A program made the translations under genes and the position numbers. A stretch of 64,000 bases of DNA from a bacterium (GTDB taxonomy: Bacteria; UBA8248), in contig OZ241875.1 in NCBI GenBank assembly GCA_965203325.1, positions 2,144,001 to 2,208,000 of the forward strand. The letters run 5' to 3'. This document shows positions 62,924 through 64,000 of this stretch, one piece after another. The number at the start of each line of letters is the position of its first letter. Position 1 is the stretch's first letter. The notes under the pieces are model-generated. The model had not been told where the DNA came from. It saw nothing but the letters and a program-made list of their open reading frames with translations, and ran no database searches.

Positions 62924-64000
62924 ACGGCCCACGCCCCCTCCTGGCCATCGGCCTGATGTCGGGAACCTCCGCCGATGGCGTGGACGCCGCCCTGGTGCGG
63001 ATATTTCCCGGTGCGCGGACGCGAGTCGAAACCCTGGACTTTCACGCCCCTCCATATCCGAAAAGCCTGAGGGAACGGCTCCTGCTCGCCGGGGGCGAAG
63101 CGGGCGCCCTGACGGACGAGATATGCTCCCTGCACCGGGAGGTGGGCGAAGCCTTCGCCGCGGCCGCTTTTGAGGTCGCGTCACGCTCCGGCGCCCGGCT
63201 TGAAAAAATCGACTTCATCGGCAGCCACGGCCAGACGGTCCGCCATCTGCCCGAAGGCATGGCGGGAGTGCGCGGGCCGCTGCTTCCCTCCACCTTTCAG
63301 ATTGGCGACCCCACCTTCATCGCCCAGCGCACGGGGATCACCTGCGTCAGCGATTTCAGAGCGCGCGACGTGGCCGCCGGGGGCGCGGGCGCCCCCCTGA
63401 CCCCCTGGGCGCACCGGATTCTCTTCAGCCGGGAAAACGCCGCTTCCGCCTTCTTGAACCTGGGCGGCATCTCGAACGTCACCTATCTCCCTCCCGCGGG
63501 AGCAGAAGGTGTTTTCGGCTTCGATTGCGGACCGGCGAACATGGCGCTCGACGCTCTCACGGGGCGGATCACCAACGGCGAGAAAACCCATGATCAAGAC
63601 GGCGCTCTGGCGGCGGCCGGCCGCATATGCCCCGATACCCTGGCCGAACTCCGCCGGCACCCCTACCTCAAACGAAAACCGCCCAAAAGCACGGGCAGGG
63701 AAATGTTCGGGGAAGCGTTCATGGATGAAACCATAGAACGCATGGCTTCGCGCGGAGGGGACCTGAAAGACGCCATCGCCACGCTCACCGCCTTTTCCGC
63801 TTCGTGCGTCGCGGATGCGATTCGGGATTTCTTTCCAACCGACTCCCCGCTCGCCGAGGTGGTGGTCGGCGGCGGCGGCGTCCACAACAAGACCTTGATG
63901 CGCGGCCTGCGCGATGCCCTGGGCGATCTTCCCCTCGTCGAAAGCGACGCGCGAGGCGTTTCTCCGGACGCCGTCGAGGCGGTCTGTTTCGCCTTGCTGG
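62920..64000 (+). CDS. anmK: Anhydro-N-acetylmuramic acid kinase, 3' end beyond window
   Basis: Manual translation from ATG 62920 (ATGA overlap with slt) gives IGLMSGTSADGVD, GSHGQTV.H, DFR.RD.AAGG.GAPL, NLGGISN, FDCGP.N, PPKSTGRE.FG and GGG..N. Confidence 0.95.
   Translation, partial: MNGPRPLLAIGLMSGTSADGVDAALVRIFPGARTRVETLDFHAPPYPKSLRERLLLAGGEAGALTDEICSLHREVGEAFAAAAFEVASRSGARLEKIDFIGSHGQTVRHLPEGMAGVRGPLLPSTFQIGDPTFIAQRTGITCVSDFRARDVAAGGAGAPLTPWAHRILFSRENAASAFLNLGGISNVTYLPPAGAEGVFGFDCGPANMALDALTGRITNGEKTHDQDGALAAAGRICPDTLAELRRHPYLKRKPPKSTGREMFGEAFMDETIERMASRGGDLKDAIATLTAFSASCVADAIRDFFPTDSPLAEVVVGGGGVHNKTLMRGLRDALGDLPLVESDARGVSPDAVEAVCFALL

Overview
This is a GC-rich bacterial chromosome segment from a diderm (it has a full tol-pal operon). 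The lineage cannot be fixed from sequence alone. I found no rRNA, tRNA, CRISPR array, integrase or intact transposase. The left third (about 1-18.6 kb) is an accessory catabolic region. It carries two hydantoinase/oxoprolinase A genes plus one B gene, NitT/TauT-type ABC transporters, an ornithine cyclodeaminase-like gene, two SDRs, ridA, a cupin and a lower-GC membrane pentapeptide-repeat gene. The most striking non-obvious structure is a set of three pairs of long, degenerate direct repeats (about 100-220 bp), each bracketing a 4-5 kb gene cassette. The pairs are a decayed copy of the ridA 5' end and upstream region, a decayed copy of the 3' end of a phosphodiester-glycosidase gene, and two IS256-like left-end remnants nested inside the second pair. 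A 310-bp nested palindrome element (TIR-like ends enclosing GTAG-type REP doublets) lies at 3.5-3.8 kb. The rest is mostly core or metabolic: ggt, an NDP-sugar nucleotidyltransferase, a lone XDH-family Mo subunit, PAC2, two LLM monooxygenases, typA, cyclophilin, a BON lipoprotein, an amidase with a small partner ORF, glyA, DUF3151, an AOR-family operon, EamA transporters, DinB, LOG, an EEP nuclease, a CoA-transferase III, a Nudix plus an apparently dead histidine-kinase-like protein plus Ldh_2, two CNNM/CBS genes, galU, ligA, tolQRAB-pal-cpoB, an M20 peptidase, a TPR-Slt and anmK. Family calls come from motif recognition by eye; no searches were run.
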